58,499 bases of DNA from a bacterium. GTDB taxonomy: Bacteria > Hinthialibacterota > Hinthialibacteria > Hinthialibacterales > Hinthialibacteraceae. Made by a program: the position numbers and the translations under genes. Below are positions 29,103-38,494 of this stretch, piece after piece. The notes under the pieces are model-generated. The model searched no databases, was not told the origin of the DNA, and saw nothing but the letters and a program-made list of their open reading frames with translations. Every line of letters begins with the position of its first letter. Position 1 is the first letter of the stretch. The stretch is from assembly GCA_963663405.2 (NCBI GenBank), contig CAXXSM010000029.1, forward strand, positions 1-58,499, given 5' to 3'.

Positions 29103-31283
29103 TTGATGAATGCTTTTTTCGAATCCCCAGCAGGATTGGCGCTCTTGCAGCGATCGGGCGATGAGATTCGATCGTTCATCAATTCCACACTGCGGAATCT
29201 TCCAATAGGGGTGGCGGTTCTGGATGACACATTAAGCCTCTGTTACTGCAATGCTCCAGCGGAACAGATTCTGGGACCGGCGCAAACCGTACTCGGCCGA
29301 TCGATTGAATCGTTTCTTCTCAATCATGAACTCGTGGATTCCCTCTTTCCTTCGCTCTGGAATGGTTCAGAATTATCACGTCTCATCACGATGAGACACA
29401 TCGACGGAAACGAGCGCCACGTAAAAATCCATGTTTCACATTTCAGTGGACAAACAATTCTGTTTCTGGAAGACTATTCGGAAATTAATCGCCTTGAAGA
29501 AGACCTCTGTTATTTCAAAACCGCTATTGAATCGGCGGCGGACGCGATCTTTCTCTTTGATCCACGAGGTTTGATCCTCTTTCTCAATCCTGCATTTGAA
29601 AAGCAAGTAGGACTCCCGCCGGAACGGATTTTAGGGGAACACGTGCGCCGTTTTTGGAGTGATAAGAGTTCCAATATCTCTTTCAAGGATTTATGGAATC
29701 AAATATCAGATGGCAATTCATGGCTGGGTGAGTTGACCAGTGTACGCGATGGTCAGGGCGAATTTAATGTGGATGTGCGGATCACACCGATTCTGGGATG
29801 TGGAAACGGCATCCGTGGATTTCTCTGCATTCAGCAGGATATCACATCTCACAAAGAACACGAATGGGAGTTGGAACAAACATCGGAACAACTGAAAACG
29901 CATATCACGGAACGCTCCGAAGCCTTGGAAAAACTGCACGAAATCTCCCATCTCTTTCATAGCACCGATACACTGGAAAGCCGTCTGCGCTTAATTTTAA
30001 TCGCCGCCACGGCGGGTGAGGCGTTTGGATTCAACCGGGCCTTTCTCTTCCTACTCGATCCAGACAGAGAGGAACTTGTAGGCCGGATGGCGATTGGCCC
30101 ATCGAGCGCGGAGGAAGCCAGTAATATTTGGGGGCGAATCGAGGAACTTCGGCTGAAAGGTTCCATCAAAGAAATCCTTCAATGCTACCTGGCCAATAGT
30201 AAACACGACGAAAGCGCTGTAACCCAAATCGTGCAAGAACTCTCGACGAGTCTCTCCAATGAAGCCTCGATTTTAACGCAGGCGGTAAAACAAGAACGAA
30301 GTTTTCTCGTATTGGAAGGCAGGACGAACACATTGTTCGATCCATCGATCCTGCCGATCTTAGGATCGGACAATTTCGCGGTGATTCCTTTATTGATTCC
30401 GGATGGGGCGGTAGGCGCGGTGATTGTGGATAATATCATCACGCGGCAATTAATCAGCGAAGAAGATATCAAGATGTTGGAGATTTTAGCGGGTCAGGCG
30501 GCGCTGGGCATCGCGCACGCCAATACAATGGAACAACTCGCAAGAAAAGTGGAAGAAGCCGAGGCTGCCAACTTGAAATTACTCCGCAGCCAGAAAAAAC
30601 TGATCGAGTCCGAGAAATTCGCCGCCTTGGGACAGATGGCGGCGACTGTGGCGCATGAAATACGGACGCCCCTTGTTTCGATTGGAGGATTCGCGAAAAT
30701 ATTGCTAAAAAACCACAATCCAAACCATGCGGACAACCGGTATCTAACCATTATCCGGGATGAAGCGCTGCGGTTGGAAGATGTGTTGAACCGATTATTG
30801 TTTTACGCCCGCCCCCCATCACTGCAATTGGATCTACACAACTTGAATGAATTCGTTTCAAATGTTTTATCCTTTTTAACCGCTGAAATCGACTACCATG
30901 AAGTCAAATTAAAAACAGATTTTGATCCCCAACTGCCCCCGATTCGATTTGACCGGAATTTAATGCGTCAAGTCATCATCAACATCGTGCAAAATGGGAT
31001 TCAATCCATGGAAAAGGGAGGTACACTGTATATTGAAACGCGTGATACCGGAGACGAAACGCTCTTGACTTTTAAAGATACCGGCGTTGGGATATCGACA
31101 GGGAAATTAAATCGAGTCTTTGAGGCGTTTTATTCCACAAAAAGCGCAGGCATTGGTTTAGGATTACACGTCACCAAACGAATCATCACAGAACATGGTG
31201 GAACAATCGAGATTGAAAGCAAGGTGGGGGTGGGCACAACGGTTTACGTTCGGCTTCCCAAAGAGAAAGGACTTTCTCCATGA
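29103..31283 (+). CDS. cytoplasmic PAS-PAS-GAF sensor histidine kinase
   Basis: Two PAS-like regions, GAF (GFNRAFLFL...VIVDN), H-box AHEIRTPL, N, DTGVG and GIGLGL boxes; no TM. Start may be the ATG at 29106. Confidence 0.92.
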   Translation: MMNAFFESPAGLALLQRSGDEIRSFINSTLRNLPIGVAVLDDTLSLCYCNAPAEQILGPAQTVLGRSIESFLLNHELVDSLFPSLWNGSELSRLITMRHIDGNERHVKIHVSHFSGQTILFLEDYSEINRLEEDLCYFKTAIESAADAIFLFDPRGLILFLNPAFEKQVGLPPERILGEHVRRFWSDKSSNISFKDLWNQISDGNSWLGELTSVRDGQGEFNVDVRITPILGCGNGIRGFLCIQQDITSHKEHEWELEQTSEQLKTHITERSEALEKLHEISHLFHSTDTLESRLRLILIAATAGEAFGFNRAFLFLLDPDREELVGRMAIGPSSAEEASNIWGRIEELRLKGSIKEILQCYLANSKHDESAVTQIVQELSTSLSNEASILTQAVKQERSFLVLEGRTNTLFDPSILPILGSDNFAVIPLLIPDGAVGAVIVDNIITRQLISEEDIKMLEILAGQAALGIAHANTMEQLARKVEEAEAANLKLLRSQKKLIESEKFAALGQMAATVAHEIRTPLVSIGGFAKILLKNHNPNHADNRYLTIIRDEALRLEDVLNRLLFYARPPSLQLDLHNLNEFVSNVLSFLTAEIDYHEVKLKTDFDPQLPPIRFDRNLMRQVIINIVQNGIQSMEKGGTLYIETRDTGDETLLTFKDTGVGISTGKLNRVFEAFYSTKSAGIGLGLHVTKRIITEHGGTIEIESKVGVGTTVYVRLPKEKGLSP

Positions 31284-31636
31284 AAAAGATCCTTATTATA
31301 GACGATGAAGAGCACCTTAGGGAACTGTACAAGATGGAATTATCAAGTGAGGGCTATGATGTTATCGTAGCCAAAAATGGTATAGAAGGAGTAGACCTCT
31401 GTTCGCGGGAAACTCCCGATCTCGCGATCGTGGATATCCGCATGCCGGGGATGGATGGGTTGGAAACGATATCACGGATGCTCGATCACGATCGTAAAAT
31501 GCCAGTGATCATTCATTCCGCCTATCCCCACTACCAGGAGAATTTCATGAGTTGGAACGCGGACGCGTTCATTGTGAAATCGGGCGATCTGTCGGAATTA
31601 GTTGAGAGAGTGTCTTCTTTATTACAAGACTCGTAA
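31280..31636 (+). CDS. single-domain response regulator
   Basis: ILIIDDE, DIRMPGMDG, SAY, VKS; ATGA overlap with the kinase. Confidence 0.93.
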   Translation: MKKILIIDDEEHLRELYKMELSSEGYDVIVAKNGIEGVDLCSRETPDLAIVDIRMPGMDGLETISRMLDHDRKMPVIIHSAYPHYQENFMSWNADAFIVKSGDLSELVERVSSLLQDS

Positions 31637-31722
31637 TTGCCGTTCAATCCTGTCCTTTTATTCGAATATTCCATCACTTCGCTTTAGAATGATGTAAATA
31701 CGATCATACTGATTGAGATTCC

Positions 31723-32949
31723 ATGAGCCGCACGACACCTCCATTATTACAAAATACCCTTACGATTGTACTCGCTGGTGGGCAGGGAGAACGGTTGCAT
31801 CCTCTGACGAAAGACCGGACGAAACCATCCGTTCCATTCGCGGGAAGTTACAGGATTATTGATTTCACCCTTTCGAATTGCATCCATTCCGGGATGCGGC
31901 AGATCTACGTTCTGACGCAGTATAAATCGCAATCGCTTAGCCGGCATATCCGGGAAGGGTGGAATCTTCTTCATCGGGAACTAAATGAGTTTATTGATAC
32001 GATTCCCCCCCAACACCGAACCCCACACCGGTGGTATGAAGGTACCGCTGACGCGATCTTTCAGAACATTCATTTATTTGAACGGCACAAACCCAACCGG
32101 CTTCTATTGCTTTCCGGCGATCACGTATACCGGATGAATTATCAGGCAATGATTGAATTTCATATCGCGAAAAAGGCGGATGTGACGATTGGAACCTATG
32201 AATTCCCCCGCGCGCAAGCGTCCTCATTCGGAGTGATGCAAGTGGATGAAGAGGATAGGGTGATGGATTTTATCGAGAAACCCAGCGAGCCACCTTCCAT
32301 TCCCGGTCATCCGGACCGTTCATTAATCAATATGGGGATTTATGTCTTCAATACTTCCCCTTTACTGCGCGCGGTGATTGAAGACGCCAAAGGCCCGGAA
32401 CCTACTCACGATCTGGGGATCAATATCCTGCCAAAACTTGTAAGGAACCCAGATGTTACCGTCTATTCCTATTCCTTCTCCCGGCAATTTGAAAACGCCT
32501 ATTGGCGGGATGTTGGCAACATTTCTGGATACTACAACGCCGCGATGGACCTCCTCGATCCGGAAAAAACGAATGATCTGTTTACACCGGATTGGCCGAT
32601 CCGCACATACACAGAACAACTGTTTCCCAGCCGGTTTTGTTTTGAACCGGAACCGGCGAAGAGAATCGAACGCTGTATCATCTCCGGTGGGTGTTCCATT
32701 GAAGGCAGCCTGCGCCGTTGTGTACTCTCACCAAAGGTCCGTGTTGGCCCGGAAAGTCAGCTTGACGGCTGCGTTGTATTCAATGGCACGTCGATCGGAA
32801 AACGATGCCGTATCAAAAATACAATTATTGATAAAAGCGTGAAGATTCCTGATAATTCCGAAATCGGCTACGATCTAAACAAAGACCGGAAGCAGTTTCT
32901 TGTTTTTGATGAGAAGATCGTTGTCATTCCAAAAGGATACACTGCGTAA
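31723..32949 (+). CDS. glgC: glucose-1-phosphate adenylyltransferase
   Basis: LAGGQGERL.PLT..R.KP.VPF.G.YRIIDF.LSN, WYEGTADAI.QN, GDHVYRM, F.EKP, YWRDVG. Confidence 0.95.
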   Translation: MSRTTPPLLQNTLTIVLAGGQGERLHPLTKDRTKPSVPFAGSYRIIDFTLSNCIHSGMRQIYVLTQYKSQSLSRHIREGWNLLHRELNEFIDTIPPQHRTPHRWYEGTADAIFQNIHLFERHKPNRLLLLSGDHVYRMNYQAMIEFHIAKKADVTIGTYEFPRAQASSFGVMQVDEEDRVMDFIEKPSEPPSIPGHPDRSLINMGIYVFNTSPLLRAVIEDAKGPEPTHDLGINILPKLVRNPDVTVYSYSFSRQFENAYWRDVGNISGYYNAAMDLLDPEKTNDLFTPDWPIRTYTEQLFPSRFCFEPEPAKRIERCIISGGCSIEGSLRRCVLSPKVRVGPESQLDGCVVFNGTSIGKRCRIKNTIIDKSVKIPDNSEIGYDLNKDRKQFLVFDEKIVVIPKGYTA

Positions 32950-32984
32950 TTCAAACGAACGCCGCCTTCATTCATTGACGCGAT

Positions 32985-34820
32985 ATGACGCCACGACTGC
33001 AGAAAAACCTATCTATTCTTCGCAAGAGTCATCCCACGCTATTCAATCTCGTTCAGAACCATCCACCCGTTGATTTAATCGAACCGGGTTGGATGGACGA
33101 GGGAACCTGGGGTTTACGAGGGAGAGACCAAGTCTATCCAATTGGAGAGAGCGCGGACTCGAAGGAAGCGAATATCTTGATTGAGACGATCCGCCGCTCT
33201 ACACGCGAAGGGATGGATTTTGTCTATATAAACGGGTTGGGAAATGGTTACATTCTCACCGCAATCGCCGAGGAATTCACACAAACCAACCGCGGAATAC
33301 TGGTGATCGAACCCTGTTTAGACGTATTTCACTGCGCTCTGCGATGCTCGGATCTGAGTAAGATCTTGGCCAATAAACGCATCTTCTTCGCTGTTGGAGA
33401 AGGAGTGAAGGAAAACATTCACTCGATCCTGGACACAACGCTCTGCCCCGCCGCTTCGAAACCAGCCTTTCATATTGGATATCGGCTTCACAACTCCAAA
33501 GACCGGGAGAAACGAAACGCGCTGACAGCCTTTATTCACCAGGAGGTAAAACGGCGCAAAGAAAATTTATTAAACCAGGTCCGGCATCTCCCCCAACTTG
33601 TGTCCACACCCAATGATGGGCCTCCGCGGGTGTGGTGTTATCTTGATCTGCGGGGCCGGGCGCGGTATTCATTGATTCAACATACTTTAATCCGCACATT
33701 GATGTATTACCTCCATCAAAATGGCTTCGAAACGGAGTATACGGCGCTGTATGATGATTGCTACTACCCCCCGTATTACCGCATTCTCAAGATGGCGCAA
33801 TTCAAGCCGGATCTAATATTTCTTTGCAATGAAACGCCTTCCTATTCAACCGCCGTAGGAGAGGAATTGAGTCAATCACTCCCCATCCCGAAAGTGATCT
33901 GGTTTGCGGACGATCCATTGTATGGTGAACATTTGATGGCAAAACGGAGTCTCGATCCAAGCGAAACCTTTCTCATCGCCGATTATGAATGGGCCTACAC
34001 ATTGAAAAAACATGGCGCATCGCGGATCGAATACATGCCGGGAGCGGCGACCAAAAGACGGCGGGGCCGGAAGCGGGGATCGAGAACGTGCGATATTGTC
34101 TTCGTCGGGCAGGTGCGGGATCAATCCGTTTTCTTCGAAAATCTCTCATCAGGTTGGCGGCGATATTGCCAGCAGGTCGTAATGGAGAAGATCCGCTTTC
34201 CCCGCAAGAAGGTCCGGGATGTGATGGCGCAATACCCCATGCCCGGAGAACTTCCTCTTGACCGGTTGGATGAATTCCGGCAGAAGCTTTTATGGGAAGC
34301 GAACACACAATTTCGTCTGCATGTGATCTCGCAGCTCAAGGAATACGATCTTAGAATTTATGGAAACACCGATTGGCTACGGCTGCTTTCATCTGAAATC
34401 GCCAGTCGTTGCTTCCGCGGTGTGCTGCGATTTCAACGTTTATTTGAAGTATACCGGAACGCGCGGATCACATTGAATATCCATAGCCTGCAGTCCTATA
34501 CTTGTATGAATGTGCGGGATTTTGACGCGCCGGCGGCGGGTGGATTTCTCGTGTCGGATTGGCTGCCGAAAGCGGATGAGATCTTTCAACCCGGTTTTGT
34601 AAGCGATCTGCCAATGACCGATGAGTCTACAGAAGAAGTGTTCTTCTACCGGTCAATTCCGGAATTACACGCGATTGTGGAATATTTTCTCAGCCATGAA
34701 GAACAACGTCAACGGTGTATCGAACGAGCCCGGCGGAAAGTGTTGGCGAACCATACATACTTACACCGTGCGGAATGGTTGGGGGTATTGTTCTGTGAAT
34801 TGTTATATGATAGCAATTGA
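32985..34820 (+). CDS. CgeB-like glycosyltransferase with Maf-like N-terminal region
   Basis: N-terminal GLGNGY...LVIEP; C-terminal DIVFVG, YRNARITLNIH, NVRDFD..AAGGFLVSD, HTYLHR. Confidence 0.75.
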   Translation: MTPRLQKNLSILRKSHPTLFNLVQNHPPVDLIEPGWMDEGTWGLRGRDQVYPIGESADSKEANILIETIRRSTREGMDFVYINGLGNGYILTAIAEEFTQTNRGILVIEPCLDVFHCALRCSDLSKILANKRIFFAVGEGVKENIHSILDTTLCPAASKPAFHIGYRLHNSKDREKRNALTAFIHQEVKRRKENLLNQVRHLPQLVSTPNDGPPRVWCYLDLRGRARYSLIQHTLIRTLMYYLHQNGFETEYTALYDDCYYPPYYRILKMAQFKPDLIFLCNETPSYSTAVGEELSQSLPIPKVIWFADDPLYGEHLMAKRSLDPSETFLIADYEWAYTLKKHGASRIEYMPGAATKRRRGRKRGSRTCDIVFVGQVRDQSVFFENLSSGWRRYCQQVVMEKIRFPRKKVRDVMAQYPMPGELPLDRLDEFRQKLLWEANTQFRLHVISQLKEYDLRIYGNTDWLRLLSSEIASRCFRGVLRFQRLFEVYRNARITLNIHSLQSYTCMNVRDFDAPAAGGFLVSDWLPKADEIFQPGFVSDLPMTDESTEEVFFYRSIPELHAIVEYFLSHEEQRQRCIERARRKVLANHTYLHRAEWLGVLFCELLYDSN

Positions 34821-34891
34821 TTCTCATTCCCTTCTCTTCCCAATTCAATTTCTTAAATAAAAAACAAATCTTGTCCTTAACGCCACTGTTC

Positions 34892-36829
34892 CTATTTTTC
34901 TTGAGCGCTGACCAATGACTGCACGAGCGCTTCTAATTCTGACAGCCTTTTCTTCAGTTCCTCGATTTCGGTGTCTTTTTCTTTTATGGTTTCTTTCAAC
35001 AGCCGGTAGTTCGCCTGGTTGGCTGCGAGGGAAACACCGATGGCATCGAGGTTGTTGATTCTTCGATTGTTGTGCTCTCCGTAGCCGAAGATGGCGGCGA
35101 AATCCTGTGAGATTGGGCCGATGTGGATAATCGAGTCCTCTTGTGTGATGAGGTTATATTCTGTAATCGGCATTAAATCGAGTTTGGAAAGAATCTCGTC
35201 ACCATCGATTGGAGCGAAATTCTCTTTCATATTGCGGTCGCTGACGGAAGTCCATGATCCACCGCCTGCGGTTAGTTCAACACCCGTTGTCGCCGCGCTA
35301 TTGGAATAGAAATACACGCCTCCACTGCTTCGGGCAATAAATTGTTTCTCCGCAGTGGACGCAATATCCGCAGGTGAGCTGTCTCCCCAGACGAAACTTC
35401 CATCATGCAACGCCTTCGCCCGCAACCCCGCCGCGAAACTAAAGTCACCTTGAGCAGTATTAAGGAATCCTCCGGCAACGGTACTGCATACACCACTAGC
35501 CGTATTTCTATCGCCACTTCCTACAAAGGAACTCTTACCAGCGATATTACCAATGCCACCACTTATGGCGCCAAAATCTGCTTTCACTTGGTTGAAGTAA
35601 CCTGGAAAACCTCCTCCCCCAATAAATGCGCCCTTTACTCCTTGTGCGACTCTGTTACTACTACTACCTCCAATAATATTGGGGCATGTTGGATTTGGTT
35701 CCAGCCGCATCACTCGTTGACTGTTCGCTTTCAATATAAGGGCTTGATCATCCGTCGTCCCAATAAAATCAGTTCCCGGCGTGGTCCCCGCATTGCCGTT
35801 CAGTTTCCATACTGAATCCGGATCGAAACCATCCAGGCTGTACGCCACATCAGCGAAAAACGCATTGCCTGCGTAGTACGCGTTCCCCGCGTTGAACGCA
35901 TCATCCGCGGTGCTCGCATGCTCGGCGTTGTAGGCATGATTGGCGCTGTACGCATGTTCCGCAATAAACGCATTGCCAGCGCGGTCCGCCGAATCGGCGA
36001 TCCCCGCGTAATCGGCTTTGCCGGCCCGTTCCGCTTTCATCGCATAGCCGACGGCAGGAATCCGTTGATCGCTGGATAATTGGTCAAAATTCTCGCCATC
36101 GGAACTGAACCAAACCCGCAGATAAATCTCAGGATTTTCGAATAAATTCGATGTGATCGGATAATCCATCTTGTCTACACTCGTGTCGCCAAGTCCAACC
36201 GAAAACAATCCCTCATTCACAGCCAGCGGAACCGCGTCCACCGGTTCCGCGTCCGTTCCGAACGATCCATCGTTGCTCCAAAGGATATCCCCCGTTTCCG
36301 TAACCAAAGCGAACTTAAAATATCCTGTCCCATTAAATGGCGCGTCATTCACCATCACCCGCCCTTGATACCCGATAATTCCTGGAACATTGACATACGA
36401 TTCCACATACGGCGTGACAGGGGGGAAAGGCGTAACACTTGGCCGTGGAGGAATGGGCGTATCTGTAGGATCACTTGGAACCGGAGTTGGTGTATCCATA
36501 GGCGGAATTGGTGTATCCGGAATCGATGTAGGTGATTCCGTTGGTGTCTCATTATTAAACGTAGGTGTTGGCAGAACGGGTGTTTGTGTAACCGTTTCAT
36601 TAACAAACACCGCATTTCGTCCCCGGTACCCGATAAATCCCGGCGCCTCCGTAGGCGTCGGTGTCCCACTCGATCCGCTATTCCAGCGAACTTCTGTATA
36701 TGTTCCATCAGTAGGAGCGGCGATCATTATCGCCTGGCTCTGGTATCCAATGTCCAAAACTCCAGCAAACGAATTCGAAACAAAAAGCATGAAAACACAC
36801 AACGCTGCCGTACAATGGTTGACTTTCAT
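34892..36829 (-). CDS. secreted fibre/adhesin-like protein with C-terminal peptidase S74 (intramolecular chaperone) domain
   Basis: Signal peptide, Pro/Thr linker, IGYQGR...FKFALV...WSND domain, AxxAxxA repeats, GGG..N head-like repeats, SDRNMKENF...HIGPISQDF, coiled-coil end. Confidence 0.8.
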   Translation of the reverse strand: MKVNHCTAALCVFMLFVSNSFAGVLDIGYQSQAIMIAAPTDGTYTEVRWNSGSSGTPTPTEAPGFIGYRGRNAVFVNETVTQTPVLPTPTFNNETPTESPTSIPDTPIPPMDTPTPVPSDPTDTPIPPRPSVTPFPPVTPYVESYVNVPGIIGYQGRVMVNDAPFNGTGYFKFALVTETGDILWSNDGSFGTDAEPVDAVPLAVNEGLFSVGLGDTSVDKMDYPITSNLFENPEIYLRVWFSSDGENFDQLSSDQRIPAVGYAMKAERAGKADYAGIADSADRAGNAFIAEHAYSANHAYNAEHASTADDAFNAGNAYYAGNAFFADVAYSLDGFDPDSVWKLNGNAGTTPGTDFIGTTDDQALILKANSQRVMRLEPNPTCPNIIGGSSSNRVAQGVKGAFIGGGGFPGYFNQVKADFGAISGGIGNIAGKSSFVGSGDRNTASGVCSTVAGGFLNTAQGDFSFAAGLRAKALHDGSFVWGDSSPADIASTAEKQFIARSSGGVYFYSNSAATTGVELTAGGGSWTSVSDRNMKENFAPIDGDEILSKLDLMPITEYNLITQEDSIIHIGPISQDFAAIFGYGEHNNRRINNLDAIGVSLAANQANYRLLKETIKEKDTEIEELKKRLSELEALVQSLVSAQEK

Positions 36830-36862
36830 GACATGAATTCCCCTTCTTTTAAATTATTGAAT

Positions 36863-36900
36863 AAAAAAACAGGCCGCCTAAAAACACTCCTCCAGGCGGC
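36863..36900 (-). terminator. intrinsic terminator (riboswitch expression platform)
   Basis: Minus strand GCCGCCT...AGGCGGC stem followed by CTGTTTTTTT; its 5' arm overlaps the aptamer 3' end. Confidence 0.8.
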
Positions 36901-36975
36901 ACGGCTGTCTTTTCACAAAATAAGACCCGCAGTTTTCCGTCCCTGTCTCACAACAGGTTTGGCTTTATCTGACTG
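36890..36975 (-). promoter_or_regulatory. c-di-GMP-I (GEMM-I) riboswitch
   Basis: Minus strand TCAGATAAAGCCAAACCTGTT-GTGA-GACAGGGACGGAAAACTGCGGGTCTT...AAGACAGCCGTGCCGCCTGG: AAACC/GGGAC P2 with GNRA loop, GAAA junction, P3 and P1 TCAG/CTGG. Confidence 0.88.
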
Positions 36976-37308
36976 TATTGGAAAACTACCATCACTCAAA
37001 CCAGACAGATCCACTTTGTGGATCTAAAAAAAGTAAGTCAATAGAAAACAATATAAATCAATACTATCATCAAAATGAATTTCATGCCAATACTATATCT
37101 ATATTCACAAAGAATTAAATAGATTGCAACGAATCATTACAATACTCTCATCCACTAATCCCTTTTTATTGAGGAGAAGATATAACCTTTGAAGACACCG
37201 TAAATACATAGCATAGGCACTTTTAGGCTAACATGTCATTGATTCCTTTCCAAAAATCAAGTTCAATCTACAAGAGCAAAACCATCACCCAAAATGGACG
37301 TAAATATC

Positions 37309-38241
37309 ATGAAAACAAACATATTACTTACTGGTATCATCGCGTTGTGTCTCCTTACAAGCTGTGGAGAGAAGGAGTCACAAGAACCTGAGGCGAAAGA
37401 GCGGTTGTTCGGCGTCAGTTTTCAGACGATGAACAATCCTTTCTTTGTCGATTTGAATGAAGGGCTTAAAGATATTATCGACGCTCGCGGCGATCGGCTC
37501 ATTACACTCGACGCGCAATGGGACAGCCTTCGGCAGAAGAACGATATTTCGGACCTGATCCTGCGGGGCGCTTCGGTGATTTTCATCAATCCCGTCAACT
37601 GGGAAGGCGTCAAAGGAAGCCTGTTGCAAGCTAAGCAGAAAGGAATCCCCTGCATCGTTGTTGACGCGCCTGTCAAAGATAAAGACTTGATTCTGAGCAC
37701 TGTCGCGTCTGACAATATCGAAGCCGGACGCATGGCCGCGAGGGCTTTGATCGAAGCCCGGAAACCGGCGAAAGTAGGGATTCTCGAACAATCGATCAAC
37801 AAAGCCTGCATCGACCGTGTCGTTGGATTCCGCGAGGTGATCGAGCAGTATCCGGAAATGGAGATCGTGGATGTGCAGGAAGTGAAAGGCACGACGGAAA
37901 GTTCCCGGCCTGTCATGCGGGATATGATCGGACGTCACCCGGAAATCAACGTCCTTTTCGCCATCAATGATCCGACCGCGCTGGGCGCCATCTCCGCGCT
38001 GGAATCCGCTGGTAAATTACAGGATGTCTTGATCGCCGCCGTCGATGGCTCCGCGGAAGCGATCACAGCGATTAAAAACGGTAAAATGCTCTCTACATCC
38101 GCCCAATTTCCACGAGAAATCGGGCAAGCCGCCGCGCAAGCCGCCTACGATCATTTGGAAGGAAAATCTGTCGAGAAAGATGTTAAAGTCCGTGTAGAAT
38201 TGATTACAGCTAAGAATGCTGATTCATTGCTGGCGCATTAA
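37309..38241 (+). CDS. sugar ABC transporter substrate-binding lipoprotein (RbsB-like)
   Basis: Lipobox LTSC, NNPFF, VASDNIEAG, FAINDPTALGA, AAVDG, AQFP. Start re-called to 37309. Confidence 0.9.
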   Translation: MKTNILLTGIIALCLLTSCGEKESQEPEAKERLFGVSFQTMNNPFFVDLNEGLKDIIDARGDRLITLDAQWDSLRQKNDISDLILRGASVIFINPVNWEGVKGSLLQAKQKGIPCIVVDAPVKDKDLILSTVASDNIEAGRMAARALIEARKPAKVGILEQSINKACIDRVVGFREVIEQYPEMEIVDVQEVKGTTESSRPVMRDMIGRHPEINVLFAINDPTALGAISALESAGKLQDVLIAAVDGSAEAITAIKNGKMLSTSAQFPREIGQAAAQAAYDHLEGKSVEKDVKVRVELITAKNADSLLAH

Positions 38242-38245
38242 AAGC

Positions 38246-38288
38246 AAAAAAGGGTCAAGCGTATAAACTTGACCCTTTTCTATTTTTT
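38246..38288. terminator. bidirectional intrinsic terminator
   Basis: AAAAAGGGTCAAG...CTTGACCCTTTT between the convergent binding-protein gene and tRNA. Confidence 0.85.
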
Positions 38289-38290
38289 AT

Positions 38291-38363
38291 CGTCCCCAGG
38301 GGGATTCGAACCCCCGCTGCCGGCGTGAAAGGCCGGTGTCCTAGGCCTCTAGACGATGGGGAC
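38291..38363 (-). tRNA. tRNA-Glu(TTC), CCA not encoded
   Basis: GTCCCCATCGTCTAGAGGCCTAGGACACCGGCCT-TTC-ACGCCGGCAGCGGGGGTTCGAATCCCCCTGGGGACG folds as a full cloverleaf. Confidence 0.97.
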
Positions 38364-38494
38364 TATTATTTATTTTTCTCACAAAAATATCCCACGTGAA
38401 TCGCGTGGAATATCTTTTCTTTTCCTCTTTGACTAAATAATCGTTAATAATAATGGCGCTCTTTCTGATTTTGTCAACCGTCCCGCCGTTTTTT

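Noticed and set aside
34892-36829. Prophage tail gene
   Set aside because: Has a signal peptide and riboswitch and no phage neighbours.
38291-38363. tRNA as an island or prophage attachment site
   Set aside because: No integrase nearby and no duplicated tRNA 3' end noticed in the window.
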